Shown here: positions 19,101 to 28,695 of the stretch, one piece after another
Position numbering within the stretch: position 1 is the stretch's first letter
Layout of the letters: each line of letters begins with the position of its first letter
Source of the DNA: Patescibacteria group bacterium
Lineage (GTDB): Bacteria > Patescibacteriota > UBA1384 > XYA2-FULL-43-10 > 1-14-0-10-43-13
NCBI GenBank assembly: GCA_041674765.1
Contig: JBAYVE010000001.1
Location: 2,321 to 66,320 of the forward strand
DNA length: 64,000 nucleotides
Reading direction: 5' to 3'
Translations under genes and position numbers: made by a program
Notes under the pieces: model-generated
Seen by the model: only the letters and a program-made list of their open reading frames with translations
Database searches by the model: none
Told to the model about the DNA's origin: nothing

Positions 19101-22100
19101 GGGCAGTCACAGTTTTCTTCGCGCCTTCTTCCTGTTCCACACTTAGATCAAAAATGCCGCACAGACGATCAACAGATACATCAAGGATGCGGTTTTTTAT
19201 AAGGGAATTTCCGGCTTCTTCTATATATTCCGAAGGTGTTATCTTGCCGTAGAGAAGCTGATAGGTGCCGCCGGCCTTTAAAGAAAAAGTATTGTCAAGC
19301 TGAGCGATAAAGCGGATATACGCAGAGACTCGTGCATTCTGAGTAATATCATTGCTATCGGTAGTGCTGGGTAAAATAGTCAAAGCATCAGTTATATTTA
19401 TTGTTAGCTCATTCTGAAGCTCAGAAAGCGCATCAAAAGCATCATTACTAAGCATTGGCGTGCCCTGAACATATTTCTGCAAGCGAAGAAGTTGATAAGA
19501 GATATCCGAATTCTTAATAAGAGCATACTGTTCGCCCATAATACGGGACATCTTCCCCTCATCCTTCAAAGCCCAGAGAAAAGGAATTTTGAAAGCAGCG
19601 GCAAAGTTTATCGGCTTTACATTTCTAATGATTTCTTCAATATCGTCTCCATGAAAGGTTCCGCGAGGAATGCCAAGTGTTTCTTCAATCTTGGCCTGGC
19701 CGATATTTGAGATAAAGCTATCAATAGTTTTTCCTTTAATCGGGACATAATCTAGTCCAAAGAGCCCGCCCAAGAAAGTGCCGCCGGCTTGGGCAAATGC
19801 ACAATCTCTGGCATCGGTTGTGAGAGCAGTATAAATTAGATAAGTTGTACCAGTTTTTAGTTCCATCTCCTGATCAAGATAACCGGAAGCAATCCGACCG
19901 GCAGATGAATAGTCGCCATTCAAAAGATCAAACATATCCCCGGCATCAAAAAGGTCCGGATCGACGGAAAAGGGGAGATTATCAAACAATTTGTAAGTAA
20001 AGATTTTGGCGGCTTCTTTCTCTCCGACCAATTGTTTATAGTTGGCTACTGAATTTTTAAGATGATTCCTCACAAAAAGTTTTTCTAGCAAGGTAATCGG
20101 AAGGCCAGTACTCCTATAAATCTCATTAATGACGATATTACTTGTATTTGCCTCTCCAAACGCGTATTGCATAGAGGGATCGTTTACAAAATTCTCTAAA
20201 TTGGAGTGAAAAATCTCGAAATCCCAACCAGGGAAAGCTCTACTTAGGCCATAAGAAATTTCATATAGAATACTAATGATTTGCTGCTCTTTGTGATTAT
20301 TTGCATAGTTTTGAGCTTCCTCTCTGCTTTCAAAACAGTGCCGGCCTTCCTTATCGTAATAACAGAACGAATTGTTCTGTAAGGTCGTCTCATTTACGGA
20401 GAATCCTTCTTTTTGGGTGTAGATAACTTTACAGCTGCTCTCTTTGTTATCATCGGCATACGGATTTGCATTGATGTAATCTACGAGCCTATCACTACCG
20501 TACTCATCTGCTTCGCTGGGCAGAAGTTCTCCGTTGAGCATCTGGATATACTTCTCCAAGGCGTTTTTGCTGATTTTTAATATTGAAGCCTCAATCAAAT
20601 TCTTCTGTTTGTTGGTTAGACTGGCCGATGTCAAGGTTTTCTCTTCAGTAAATAGAGATTTTGTGGAACCTTTTAGAACATCAAAATTTTTATCTGCCTT
20701 CTCAGCAGTTGAGTTGGCTTCGCTCCATATTCCAGAATTTCCACTCTTCAAGGCCTCATAACTGCCCATCGGCAAGCCCATACGGAACAACAAATCATTT
20801 TCTGGTGTTCTGATATTATCGCCAAATTTTCTATTGGAGATATTCTCAACGATATCATCCAGATCGTTTTCCTTCGTTAGCAAGCCGTTCTGGTCTTTGA
20901 GCTTTGATTGAAAGTCTTGTTTCCAACGAGTTGTTGCCGCATCGACAAATTTTTTAAATTGGTCGGGGTTATCCTTCTTTAATTTACGGAAATAATCAAC
21001 CGTTAATCTCTCTCTGGTTTGGGATAGCCGCTTAAAGAATTCATCAAATTTACTGAGTTTTACCGTGTCGCCGAAATACGCTGATAATATTTCAGGCCCT
21101 GCCCATCTCATCAAAGCTTCAAAATCTTTCTTGAAGTCAGGCGGGGTCTTGGATATGGAGGCGCCCTGAAAGTAGAAGAAAGGCATATTATAATGTTCCT
21201 CGATTCTTGCTTGACCGATCGCTTGCATAAAGGCATCCTGACCGGTGACTCCTCTTTTTTCAAAGTTCTCGACAAAATAAATTAGGGAGTTGCTGGGAAG
21301 ACCCAATTTAGCCTCGGCGGTGTTGGCTCCGAGGGTGACAAACAGATCAGACACACCAATTTTTCCGGCGATGAAGTTAAAAATAATCTTTGCTATTTGA
21401 AAGGTAGTCAATTTTTTACTTTTTCGCCGTCCATCGCCAGAATCAGTGTTTTGGGTGGAATCGAGGCCTGGCTTTATCTGATTTATGGTTAATAAATCAG
21501 AGGGAATTTCTTTGCCTGCCATGATCTCGCTGATAGCTCTGATCAGTTCGTTTACGTCAGTGATTAGAATGTTTACTCGGGCAGCCTTCTCATCATATTC
21601 ACTGGTTTTCTTCATCTCATACACCTGCTTCAGCGCCAGAAGATTTTTCTGGAGGTCGGCGAGATCGGTAGCAATTACACTAGCCGAATTAATAATCCCC
21701 TGAAGCTTTGAGAGATCGCTATCGTTCTTTAAAAGATCCCTCAAAGAACTCATAGTTTTTTCAACCTTGTCAGAAATCTCACGTATCTCAACATCATCAG
21801 ATTTTAGAGCTTCCCATTCGCTGTTGATCTTACTTTGTAGCTCATAGACCTTAAGAACTCTAGCTAAGTAGAAGCCAAGTTCCTTGTTGTTGGTTGAGAG
21901 TTCCGGATCTAGATTAAGGAGATCAATTTTGGTTTTATCTTCATCATCCAATAATTTGTTGGCCAGTCCGTAATAAAGCAATTTTGAGCCGATTCGTTCA
22001 AATACATTCTCAGCATTTGCGTTAGCATATCCCATCATAAGAAAAAGATCGAAGTCTTCCAAACCGGCTGTTTTAGCTTTTGTTTTTGGGATATTAAAAT

Positions 22101-24717
22101 CTTGAGAATAATCTTTACTTTGAGCCTCGCTTGAATCCTGAGTTTTATATTGGATCCGGAAATTTACGGTCTGACTGAGCGCACAAATACTTTGTTGTCG
22201 CTTCTTTTCAATCTCGTCACTGATCTCAATATTTCCGGCATCTGTGTGAATCGTAATATTAATCTGTTCGGCCGGACGTTGGCAGGCATCTTTGGCAGTA
22301 ACTTTGGCTAAATTACCTCGAAGCCACTCTCTAAAGGTTAGATATCCCAAGTCGCCAGGATTGTATTCCACCTCCTGGCCATTTTCGATGGCAAATATCT
22401 TATCAATAGTTTCACCTTCGTTTAGGAACTTTGTACTGTCTAGATGAGTGGAATCATCTCCGAGCCGCCGTGCCAGCGTGTAGATGCCGATAGTTTGGTA
22501 GGCACTTCTACTGCCGGAAATAGCTTGTTCCCAAGTGCCGTCCGGTAGTTGATAGGCGCTATTCGTCATGGCGAAGTATTTCAAGCCGAAACTCGTGTCG
22601 TGCTTACGGGATTCCCCGACTATGTTGGCATATTCGGCCGCAGTGAAGGGCTTTGCGTGATCATTTGGATTGTGACCGTTCGTAAAAAGCGAAGTTGTCC
22701 CTGGCTGAATATGCAGGAGGTTATCAATATAGCCTGCATTGTTGCGGAAGATCTGAGTGCGGACAGAATTTAAGCTATCGTCTAAATCATTGAAAGACGT
22801 TGCATCCGTAGGCCAACTTTCCTTTGGCAAGTTTAACTTTGCTTCGATAATCTTGGCGCCGACGAGTGTCGCAAACATCGTACCGTCATTTAGATTATCA
22901 AGATCGCCGGCACGAAGATTCATCTCTGCTTCAACTTTGCGCTGTCCAATATTTTCCAGCAAACCGAAAAGATTATTCTTGACTTCCTTTCCGGCCTGGA
23001 AGTCATTATCAAGGGAACCAAAGGGAAGACCAAGCCTTTTTTCGATTGCAGATCTACCAATGACGTATTTGAGCGCTGTCAGGTCTGTAATATCGGTATC
23101 TGTCAGTATTTCTCTTGGAAGACCTAAATAGTCAGCCAGATAAACGCCTCCCAAATTTTTCAGAGTGTCCTCGACATCGCTACCATGAATAGAGTTTGTA
23201 GGCGAGTTAATGATATTAGCAAAGAGTGATTGGCCTAGAAGAGAAACAATATCATCCAAGCCGGCGCTTGAGAGATCGCCATCATAACTGCTAAATTGAG
23301 GATTCATGGCAGACAATAGATCGAGAGCGCTCTGAGATGCCATTTGTCTCATCGTCTCCATCAAATCCGTGCCAGTGTTTGTATTTGATCTCCGATAGCC
23401 ATCAGTTGTCTGCCATGCCAATTTGATCGGTTGGGCAGCCTGAGGTTCCTTGAAATCATGGCCGATCCTTCTTTTCTTTAGGACGGTGCAACGGACGTCG
23501 TCAATCTCGGTGATATCAACTGCCTGACCATTGTAGTGTGCAGAGATATTTCTGCTATTCTTCAGTGCCGGATCACTGTCCTCGAGAATCTCAGCGTTTT
23601 TCAAATCTTCATAATAAGCGTCATATTCCTGACCGTCTTTATCCTCGATTGTAAAACTATTGGCTTTTGCCCCGCATTCCGCGGCACTTTCATCTAAAGA
23701 GCAGACAACGTTTGAGTTGGTAATAGAACCGTTCAATTGTTCTCGTATCACATCTGACTCATTTGAATCGGTGTCGTTCTGGAGGATTCTGTTGGCCTTA
23801 ATTCTCCAATGACCTCCTCCTCCCTGGTCTTTTGGTGTGATTAAGTAAATCAGCGTCTTCAAAACTCTGATATCGATAGTCGGGGCCGAGATAGCATCAG
23901 AAATCAAATCGGCGACATATTCCTTATTGTTGTCACTTAATAGCTTGCCTTGGAGAGTATTGCTATCGATACCGGTGATGCACGAGAGAGTATTAAAATT
24001 GGCAAGATTTGTTTTGCCGGTTGCTTTAATTCGAGCCGCCTCCTCTTCCCAAAGGCCTTTCAACTTTTTATCACCGAAGTTTTTTTCCGCGAGAGAAACC
24101 AGATCCCTGAATTGCTGATGGTTGGAGATAGTCTCCGTCGCAGTAATACCGGTACCGTTTTGAAGCCAGGTTAGATATTGGAATTCATCTAGATATCTAG
24201 GACTCTCCTTGGTCTTTTCGGTATTTACCTGGTCATAAATCTTGTTCCGATTATCTGCAGGCAAAATTGCAAAAAGATTGAACAAGTCGTTATTGAAATC
24301 AGGCATAATATCGCTCATGCATTTGAGCTTTTTGAGAGATTCGATATCTTTCTTAGCTAAAACTAATCTTGCGTCAGAGGACGGTCCGAAAATGTCGTCC
24401 ACGGATAAAAGACTATCAGGATTGGTATAATAACTAATCAATTCCGCGAGCTGCTGATAGGCCTCTGACTGACCGAATTTTTTACAAACTTCTGAGTTAT
24501 TAGTTTCGGGCAGAGTGAACGTGAAATTTTGCTGAATGGTTATTGAATTAAGTCTGATCAGATCCGGTCTGTTCTGGGCAATATAGTCAGAAGAATCCAA
24601 ACTATCGATTTCGGTTGAAGGGATATCTGCAGCCTGTGCCCAGCTTAATAGAAAAGGATTTAGTATAATGACGACAGAGATAACTGCAAATAATAACTTT
24701 TGAAAGAATATCTTCAT
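16174..24717 (-). CDS. Giant (2847 aa) exported protein with dispersed helical repeats, apparently discontinuous M15/LAS-type Zn-peptidase motifs and a C-proximal hydrophobic hairpin
   Basis: Signal peptide (..WAQA), SAHYNGQAVD, terminal WTHVGF, many (D/E)xxLxLPxG repeats; 4-nt overlap with the upstream gene. Confidence 0.8.
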   Translation of the reverse strand: MKIFFQKLLFAVISVVIILNPFLLSWAQAADIPSTEIDSLDSSDYIAQNRPDLIRLNSITIQQNFTFTLPETNNSEVCKKFGQSEAYQQLAELISYYTNPDSLLSVDDIFGPSSDARLVLAKKDIESLKKLKCMSDIMPDFNNDLFNLFAILPADNRNKIYDQVNTEKTKESPRYLDEFQYLTWLQNGTGITATETISNHQQFRDLVSLAEKNFGDKKLKGLWEEEAARIKATGKTNLANFNTLSCITGIDSNTLQGKLLSDNNKEYVADLISDAISAPTIDIRVLKTLIYLITPKDQGGGGHWRIKANRILQNDTDSNESDVIREQLNGSITNSNVVCSLDESAAECGAKANSFTIEDKDGQEYDAYYEDLKNAEILEDSDPALKNSRNISAHYNGQAVDITEIDDVRCTVLKKRRIGHDFKEPQAAQPIKLAWQTTDGYRRSNTNTGTDLMETMRQMASQSALDLLSAMNPQFSSYDGDLSSAGLDDIVSLLGQSLFANIINSPTNSIHGSDVEDTLKNLGGVYLADYLGLPREILTDTDITDLTALKYVIGRSAIEKRLGLPFGSLDNDFQAGKEVKNNLFGLLENIGQRKVEAEMNLRAGDLDNLNDGTMFATLVGAKIIEAKLNLPKESWPTDATSFNDLDDSLNSVRTQIFRNNAGYIDNLLHIQPGTTSLFTNGHNPNDHAKPFTAAEYANIVGESRKHDTSFGLKYFAMTNSAYQLPDGTWEQAISGSRSAYQTIGIYTLARRLGDDSTHLDSTKFLNEGETIDKIFAIENGQEVEYNPGDLGYLTFREWLRGNLAKVTAKDACQRPAEQINITIHTDAGNIEISDEIEKKRQQSICALSQTVNFRIQYKTQDSSEAQSKDYSQDFNIPKTKAKTAGLEDFDLFLMMGYANANAENVFERIGSKLLYYGLANKLLDDEDKTKIDLLNLDPELSTNNKELGFYLARVLKVYELQSKINSEWEALKSDDVEIREISDKVEKTMSSLRDLLKNDSDLSKLQGIINSASVIATDLADLQKNLLALKQVYEMKKTSEYDEKAARVNILITDVNELIRAISEIMAGKEIPSDLLTINQIKPGLDSTQNTDSGDGRRKSKKLTTFQIAKIIFNFIAGKIGVSDLFVTLGANTAEAKLGLPSNSLIYFVENFEKRGVTGQDAFMQAIGQARIEEHYNMPFFYFQGASISKTPPDFKKDFEALMRWAGPEILSAYFGDTVKLSKFDEFFKRLSQTRERLTVDYFRKLKKDNPDQFKKFVDAATTRWKQDFQSKLKDQNGLLTKENDLDDIVENISNRKFGDNIRTPENDLLFRMGLPMGSYEALKSGNSGIWSEANSTAEKADKNFDVLKGSTKSLFTEEKTLTSASLTNKQKNLIEASILKISKNALEKYIQMLNGELLPSEADEYGSDRLVDYINANPYADDNKESSCKVIYTQKEGFSVNETTLQNNSFCYYDKEGRHCFESREEAQNYANNHKEQQIISILYEISYGLSRAFPGWDFEIFHSNLENFVNDPSMQYAFGEANTSNIVINEIYRSTGLPITLLEKLFVRNHLKNSVANYKQLVGEKEAAKIFTYKLFDNLPFSVDPDLFDAGDMFDLLNGDYSSAGRIASGYLDQEMELKTGTTYLIYTALTTDARDCAFAQAGGTFLGGLFGLDYVPIKGKTIDSFISNIGQAKIEETLGIPRGTFHGDDIEEIIRNVKPINFAAAFKIPFLWALKDEGKMSRIMGEQYALIKNSDISYQLLRLQKYVQGTPMLSNDAFDALSELQNELTINITDALTILPSTTDSNDITQNARVSAYIRFIAQLDNTFSLKAGGTYQLLYGKITPSEYIEEAGNSLIKNRILDVSVDRLCGIFDLSVEQEEGAKKTVTALRAIFTAPTFSISGESSNPDYKNYALLFDGLTNLFKYKLADKLSIPQTTILSIIENPDTAYSTMMGVIAAKLDEQADLNSTSQASFSGIYKALLPTDVKSADDQCRATYADEQLRLALIKSGAEKEISKTVVGSDEYENAVADRDDAVLQINALNAQETECKITARRSIAQKQDIDKGTIPKNEVLADRARLWLQNAAIEQLHKKIANLTIGGVFIGVDVPTADLKDLFGRDSNRAISVITMALTSNYAIKKIDGVDTKTPIPAEFFITYEMIRNSIYGLSTKSAQKLAAYKDATGNSANPEVTEYAPGAPECAKTGGNDFAKGIDCLGQVDAFKSPVESVQATVERQYDYTPEKYEQAKVDLQTQINRENTSIKNSCTDRYEQQHKINSCIQDEQAIRVEPLERKLNTLNDPSRANAADVQDVNGSAKNRAIEILEYRALDIGLWKLDTNIYPGFAEAIIKGNGEIKTAAIVKYVKRGVTNGHLFGVKFDAVKNVQEWGDILVYASSMIQGNNMAALETLIKVNNGQSFQYFANYMAKGFEKIFRFSITPDMAKGILVGLSTNDWGINSFSFEGIQGNANQTIGGASVPTLGQAIVNWGVGRVFNWADRALGVSEGTSFRLAKSGIDAYKANQALRSAQKSLQTATENVQEAQRLYDEAVNAGMAGQVQRFQTNLENAQAAETVEQIKVDNAKALRAAAFQIIVQMTIDYLVEKYLGETISGWEEDLNLVPGSLMVLVSTAAYASIAIAAHAIAGAWIIPMVDPVTIAITLLTFLAINLFSTYRVEYWCSVDGYYPYKDSSPPSSFWDKLSGRSSGNQNINLSGDPLSLLDTPVNNFTIPSSAMQKNDISGIGVFGGNAAHSSALNKTLEKKKILAAQYKARRLIGDVLSIQYDSKYNDSTGEALIPTQIMTGRSEDVTFWNDMVSTNICQQRLGKDALAVNGICLGFDSEGKAKTKEGLWANTQTTVWTHVGF

Positions 24718-26120
24718 TTTAGCGATAAAGCATACTTAATACGGGACCACAAATAATCGCCCCAATCCTTCGATTCGTTTTGATTATGGTCGATTTTATC
24801 TACTTCTGTGGTTGTTAGACAGACATTGCAGTAGCTCATTTCAATATGAAGCTGCGAATAATTGCCAATTTTTACTGTTTTTCCGATCGGCTTATTTAAG
24901 TCAGTAATCTTTTGTCCTTTTACTACAGAGGGATCAAAATTTGCGTACAAGAGGAGATAGTCACCGTTTTGGATAGCTATCTTCTTATGGCCCGTCCCAT
25001 CATCAGAAACATCAATGACCTCGCCGATCATACCGGGGTAGACGTTGTTACCTTCGGTGGTATACAAATCGACGCCGTCACATTTATTTTGGCCGAAGTA
25101 AATATAAGTTCCGTGACCCAGATCATCGCTCGGTGTAGTCGGTCGGAGTGGTGTTCCGGTGTGAAGTTCACTGTTTGTGCCGATGATTTTGGCCTTTTCA
25201 ATCGGATAATGTCCATTGATAGCAGGAATGCTATTATCTATTTTTTGTAGAACATTTTTTATAGCATCAAAAATTTCCTGACCTAACTCGACATTACCGG
25301 CAGCCGCTTGATTGACCTTTGTGAGAGCGCTATCGATCTCATTCTTGATATTTTGATCTGTCGTCTCCTCCTTTAGCTGAGTTAGTAAGAGCTGTAATTT
25401 TGTCGTTAGCTCTTTCTTTGATTGCTTTTGGATTTCAGGGTCTTTGACTGCGAGGAGTGTAGCCTCAATAACTGATTTATTATCAATCGGCATGGCGGGA
25501 GTAGTGGGAGTTTGGCCGCCGGCCCCACTCTTATAAAATCTAAGGGAGAAAGCCAGCATGCCGATGGCCATAGCCAGTATTACGACGACTAAAATGATAC
25601 TCCAGCTTCCGCCGAGGAGTCCGGCTATCCAGGCCCAGATTCTAACAATTGCAGCTACAAATCTTTTTGTTACTTTTTCTTCGAATTTTTGTTTTAAATC
25701 ATCAGCTATTCTTCTTGCTTTTCCGGCTCTAGCGTTTTGTTGATTAGTGTCTTCTCTAGAAGCATTTGGTTCTTGTCCTTGTTCAGGACCATTTTGGATG
25801 TTAGCCGCTCCCGTCTTTCGGGCGGTTCCCCCCTGATTGGCATATGGATCGGTTTTATCATCGCCAGGAAGAATCTGATCTGGAGAGATCTCGGGGTTGT
25901 CGGGTACCCTTTGCGGTAAAGGGGGCGGCTGTGATTCTTGTTCCCAAATCGGATCGTCAATCTCGCGGTTTAGAAAAGGATCGTCTTGAGCGCCAGGAAC
26001 TCCTTTGCCCTGATTGCGCAGACGTAAATATGAATCTCTAGCGCCCTCCGACTGAGACTTCATGTAGTCTTGTCGGTATTTGCGCATCTGTTTTTTGATA
26101 GATTGTAGTCTTTTATCCAA
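24714..26120 (-). CDS. Membrane-anchored M23/LytM-fold protein with degenerate active site
   Basis: Disordered N-terminus and TM; C-terminal CDGVDL...GEVI...LLYANF..VVKGQKI...IG...SQLHIE. Confidence 0.75.
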   Translation of the reverse strand: MDKRLQSIKKQMRKYRQDYMKSQSEGARDSYLRLRNQGKGVPGAQDDPFLNREIDDPIWEQESQPPPLPQRVPDNPEISPDQILPGDDKTDPYANQGGTARKTGAANIQNGPEQGQEPNASREDTNQQNARAGKARRIADDLKQKFEEKVTKRFVAAIVRIWAWIAGLLGGSWSIILVVVILAMAIGMLAFSLRFYKSGAGGQTPTTPAMPIDNKSVIEATLLAVKDPEIQKQSKKELTTKLQLLLTQLKEETTDQNIKNEIDSALTKVNQAAAGNVELGQEIFDAIKNVLQKIDNSIPAINGHYPIEKAKIIGTNSELHTGTPLRPTTPSDDLGHGTYIYFGQNKCDGVDLYTTEGNNVYPGMIGEVIDVSDDGTGHKKIAIQNGDYLLLYANFDPSVVKGQKITDLNKPIGKTVKIGNYSQLHIEMSYCNVCLTTTEVDKIDHNQNESKDWGDYLWSRIKYALSLK

Positions 26121-26180
26121 GACCCCTCCACTTGATTGGGCTAGTATTATTTATAGGTTATCTGGTTTCAACCTCACGCT

Positions 26181-27446
26181 TTATTCAACTTTGATCGCAA
26201 ATATTCCATCGCTTGTTTGATATAAAATCATCTTTTCATCATCAGAAATAAAGAGTGTATTTATAAATATTTTGCCGAAATCTCTAATAATAAACCCGGA
26301 ATTTTTTTTATTATCGGTGTCAAATTTGAAGATTGATTCGTTCTTTGTTTTCGAATCATAAGTAGCGATGACTACGTTTTTTGAATCCTTCTCCCATGCG
26401 GTTTTACTTATTTCTGCAAAAATGCCCAGTGTCCGTTTATCAGAGCCATCGATATTCATGATAGACAGAGCCGAAAAAACGGGGCTTTCGGGATCGCTCT
26501 GATATGTTCCATAAAGTATTTTGTTGCCGTTGGGAGAGAAAGAGGCATCCAATTGACCACCATTATCGGTCAAAGTTTTGAAAGTACGGGAGTAGGTGTT
26601 GAAAAGATATATTTTGTTCTTCGAACGATCGCTATTTCGCGGAATTATAAGCAGCCATTGCGAATCAGGAGACCACTTCAGAATCGGATTCTCGATGCCC
26701 CTCTCGGAAAAATTAGCAATTCTAGTTACCTCGGTATTGGCAATATTGGAAAAAACCAGCGATTTCTCTCCATTCGTTGCATAATAGTAGGCTATTTTGG
26801 AGTTATCAGGAGACCAAGCAACAGCTCCGACATCCTTGCCCCAAGGAAGTTCTGTTTGATTGACAAAGTCGTATTTTTTAAAGTCAAATATTGTCATCTC
26901 GCCGGCTTTTCTTAAAAGGGCCAATTCCTTTGTCGGCGACCAGATTATCTCTTTCACGCCGGTTAATCTAGCATCGGTAATCGGCGTATTCTTGATGATT
27001 TCAATAGTCCCATCCTCCGTCAGACCGACCTTTAGTTTGTAGAGAGTTTTCCCACCGTTCCCAAGGTAGTAGCCGTCGTTGAAATCACTTCCCTTGACGA
27101 TATATTCTGCGCCGTTGCTGATCTCGACCGGTTTCGGAGTAGTTTTCAACTCAAACAAAATCTGTTTCATGAACCCGCGTTTCAGAGAAAGAGTGGTATT
27201 CAATCCGACATAGCCATCGGCCTCGATTTTAACATTATGATTCTCCGGCGAAAGATTGAGGCGGAAAGTGCCGCTGCTGATCGATTGGACAGCCTTATCA
27301 TCAATTGTTAGCTCAGCTTCATAGGGAATGACTTTCAGCGTTACAAATGATCTCGAGAAAACCCATATTAGGGCAATTACGGCTAATATTGTTGCTAAAA
27401 TAGCGATATAAATGGAACGGCTTAATTTTTTTAATTCTACATTCAT
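26181..27446 (-). CDS. PEGA-domain + TolB-like (PD40) beta-propeller membrane protein
   Basis: N-terminal TM, P..AELTIDD..HNVKIEADGY, repeated WSPT/WSPD/WSPD/FSPN. Confidence 0.8.
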   Translation of the reverse strand: MNVELKKLSRSIYIAILATILAVIALIWVFSRSFVTLKVIPYEAELTIDDKAVQSISSGTFRLNLSPENHNVKIEADGYVGLNTTLSLKRGFMKQILFELKTTPKPVEISNGAEYIVKGSDFNDGYYLGNGGKTLYKLKVGLTEDGTIEIIKNTPITDARLTGVKEIIWSPTKELALLRKAGEMTIFDFKKYDFVNQTELPWGKDVGAVAWSPDNSKIAYYYATNGEKSLVFSNIANTEVTRIANFSERGIENPILKWSPDSQWLLIIPRNSDRSKNKIYLFNTYSRTFKTLTDNGGQLDASFSPNGNKILYGTYQSDPESPVFSALSIMNIDGSDKRTLGIFAEISKTAWEKDSKNVVIATYDSKTKNESIFKFDTDNKKNSGFIIRDFGKIFINTLFISDDEKMILYQTSDGIFAIKVE

Positions 27447-27479
27447 TTTTACCTTTACTTATCTTTCTTTAGTTGAGAG

Positions 27480-28691
27480 CTACCAGCGTCCTATGCCGCA
27501 ATTAGCACACTGTAAGTCTTTTAACGTGCGATGATGTTGAATCCTTATCTCATCATCACCGACATTTCCTTCGATTGTGACTAAATCAACTGGAGTGACA
27601 ACAAAGCCTACATGGTAACCGCTGTCGCTTGCCCTACTTGGTACCATGAAGACGTCTCCTGCCTGTATTTCTGATAAGCTTTTCGGCTTAAACCAAGTGT
27701 GATTTTTTATGAAATAATCGCGTAAATTCAGAGTTCTACCGATTTTTGCAACCTCAGGGTCATTGTATACTTGAGCCAAAATCCATGAGACAAAGTATGT
27801 GCACCATTGAGCACAGCCTTTGCCTGGAACATATTTAACGCAGTTTGCGCCTCCGGTCTTATAACCTTTTTTCCCGGCAGCCAATTCGTCTGTAGCCAAC
27901 TTAACTATCTCATTTCCTGTCTGATTGCCTACCGTTAGTTGGCCGTTGATTGTGCATCCTTCAGCTAACTCTGTAAAAGTTTTTCCGACGTCTTGCAGAT
28001 AATCAAGTGCAATCTGTGCCCCACGGATTGCAGTAATACCTTGTTTGGACCAAAGGGGATATATCTTTGACCCATAATTACTCTGATCTTGATATTCTTT
28101 AATCTTGTCTGCGGACATAGGATAGCCATCTGCAACCCAAAGCTTTGCCACATTTGCCCCGCGATTATAAGCCAAAGCTACTGCTTGAATAGCATGAACA
28201 TCGGAAAAATTTGTAATACCAAGACTCTCTGCCTTATTCTTAATTATTTTAGCTGCCGGCCCAACTGATTTTGCAAAGTCTTTAGCGTCTTCTTTGGAAA
28301 GTCCGTATGCTTCTCTGCTGGCGCTATCCAGTTGGAATGGTCCGCAACCGTTTACTACGCAGGCAAAGTCTGATCCCATTGGTTTCCATTGCCTACCATT
28401 TTCCTTCCAGTAAATTGCTGCAAGCATCGCCGGATGAATGCCGGCTTCTTTTGCAGCCTGTGTCATCAGGGTCTGCTCCGATATGCCCACTTTTGCCCAA
28501 GTGTTACAGGAGACATCGCCGGATGAATAATTACTAGCTGCAGGATCGCCCTGTGCCTTCATTATATTCATGAATCCAGCACCGCCGACAGCGGCAGCTA
28601 CGATGGTGCCGCCAAGAATAAGTATGCTTGAAAAAATCAGCGGTCCGACCAGAACTGCGGCTTTATATTTTTTTAAAAATATCAATTTCAT
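27480..28691 (-). CDS. Bifunctional lytic transglycosylase + CHAP peptidoglycan hydrolase (VirB1/CwlT-like)
   Basis: LAAIYWKEN..GPFQL..LAYNRG (SLT-like); QWCTYFVSW..HVGFV..TIEGN (CHAP Cys-His). Confidence 0.85.
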   Translation of the reverse strand: MKLIFLKKYKAAVLVGPLIFSSILILGGTIVAAAVGGAGFMNIMKAQGDPAASNYSSGDVSCNTWAKVGISEQTLMTQAAKEAGIHPAMLAAIYWKENGRQWKPMGSDFACVVNGCGPFQLDSASREAYGLSKEDAKDFAKSVGPAAKIIKNKAESLGITNFSDVHAIQAVALAYNRGANVAKLWVADGYPMSADKIKEYQDQSNYGSKIYPLWSKQGITAIRGAQIALDYLQDVGKTFTELAEGCTINGQLTVGNQTGNEIVKLATDELAAGKKGYKTGGANCVKYVPGKGCAQWCTYFVSWILAQVYNDPEVAKIGRTLNLRDYFIKNHTWFKPKSLSEIQAGDVFMVPSRASDSGYHVGFVVTPVDLVTIEGNVGDDEIRIQHHRTLKDLQCANCGIGRW

Positions 28692-28695
28692 TCAT

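Noticed and set aside
16174-24717. Intein or intron as the explanation for the giant insertion
   Set aside because: No C/S...HN splice motifs, LAGLIDADG motifs or frame interruption seen; the insert has its own repeats and TM helices.
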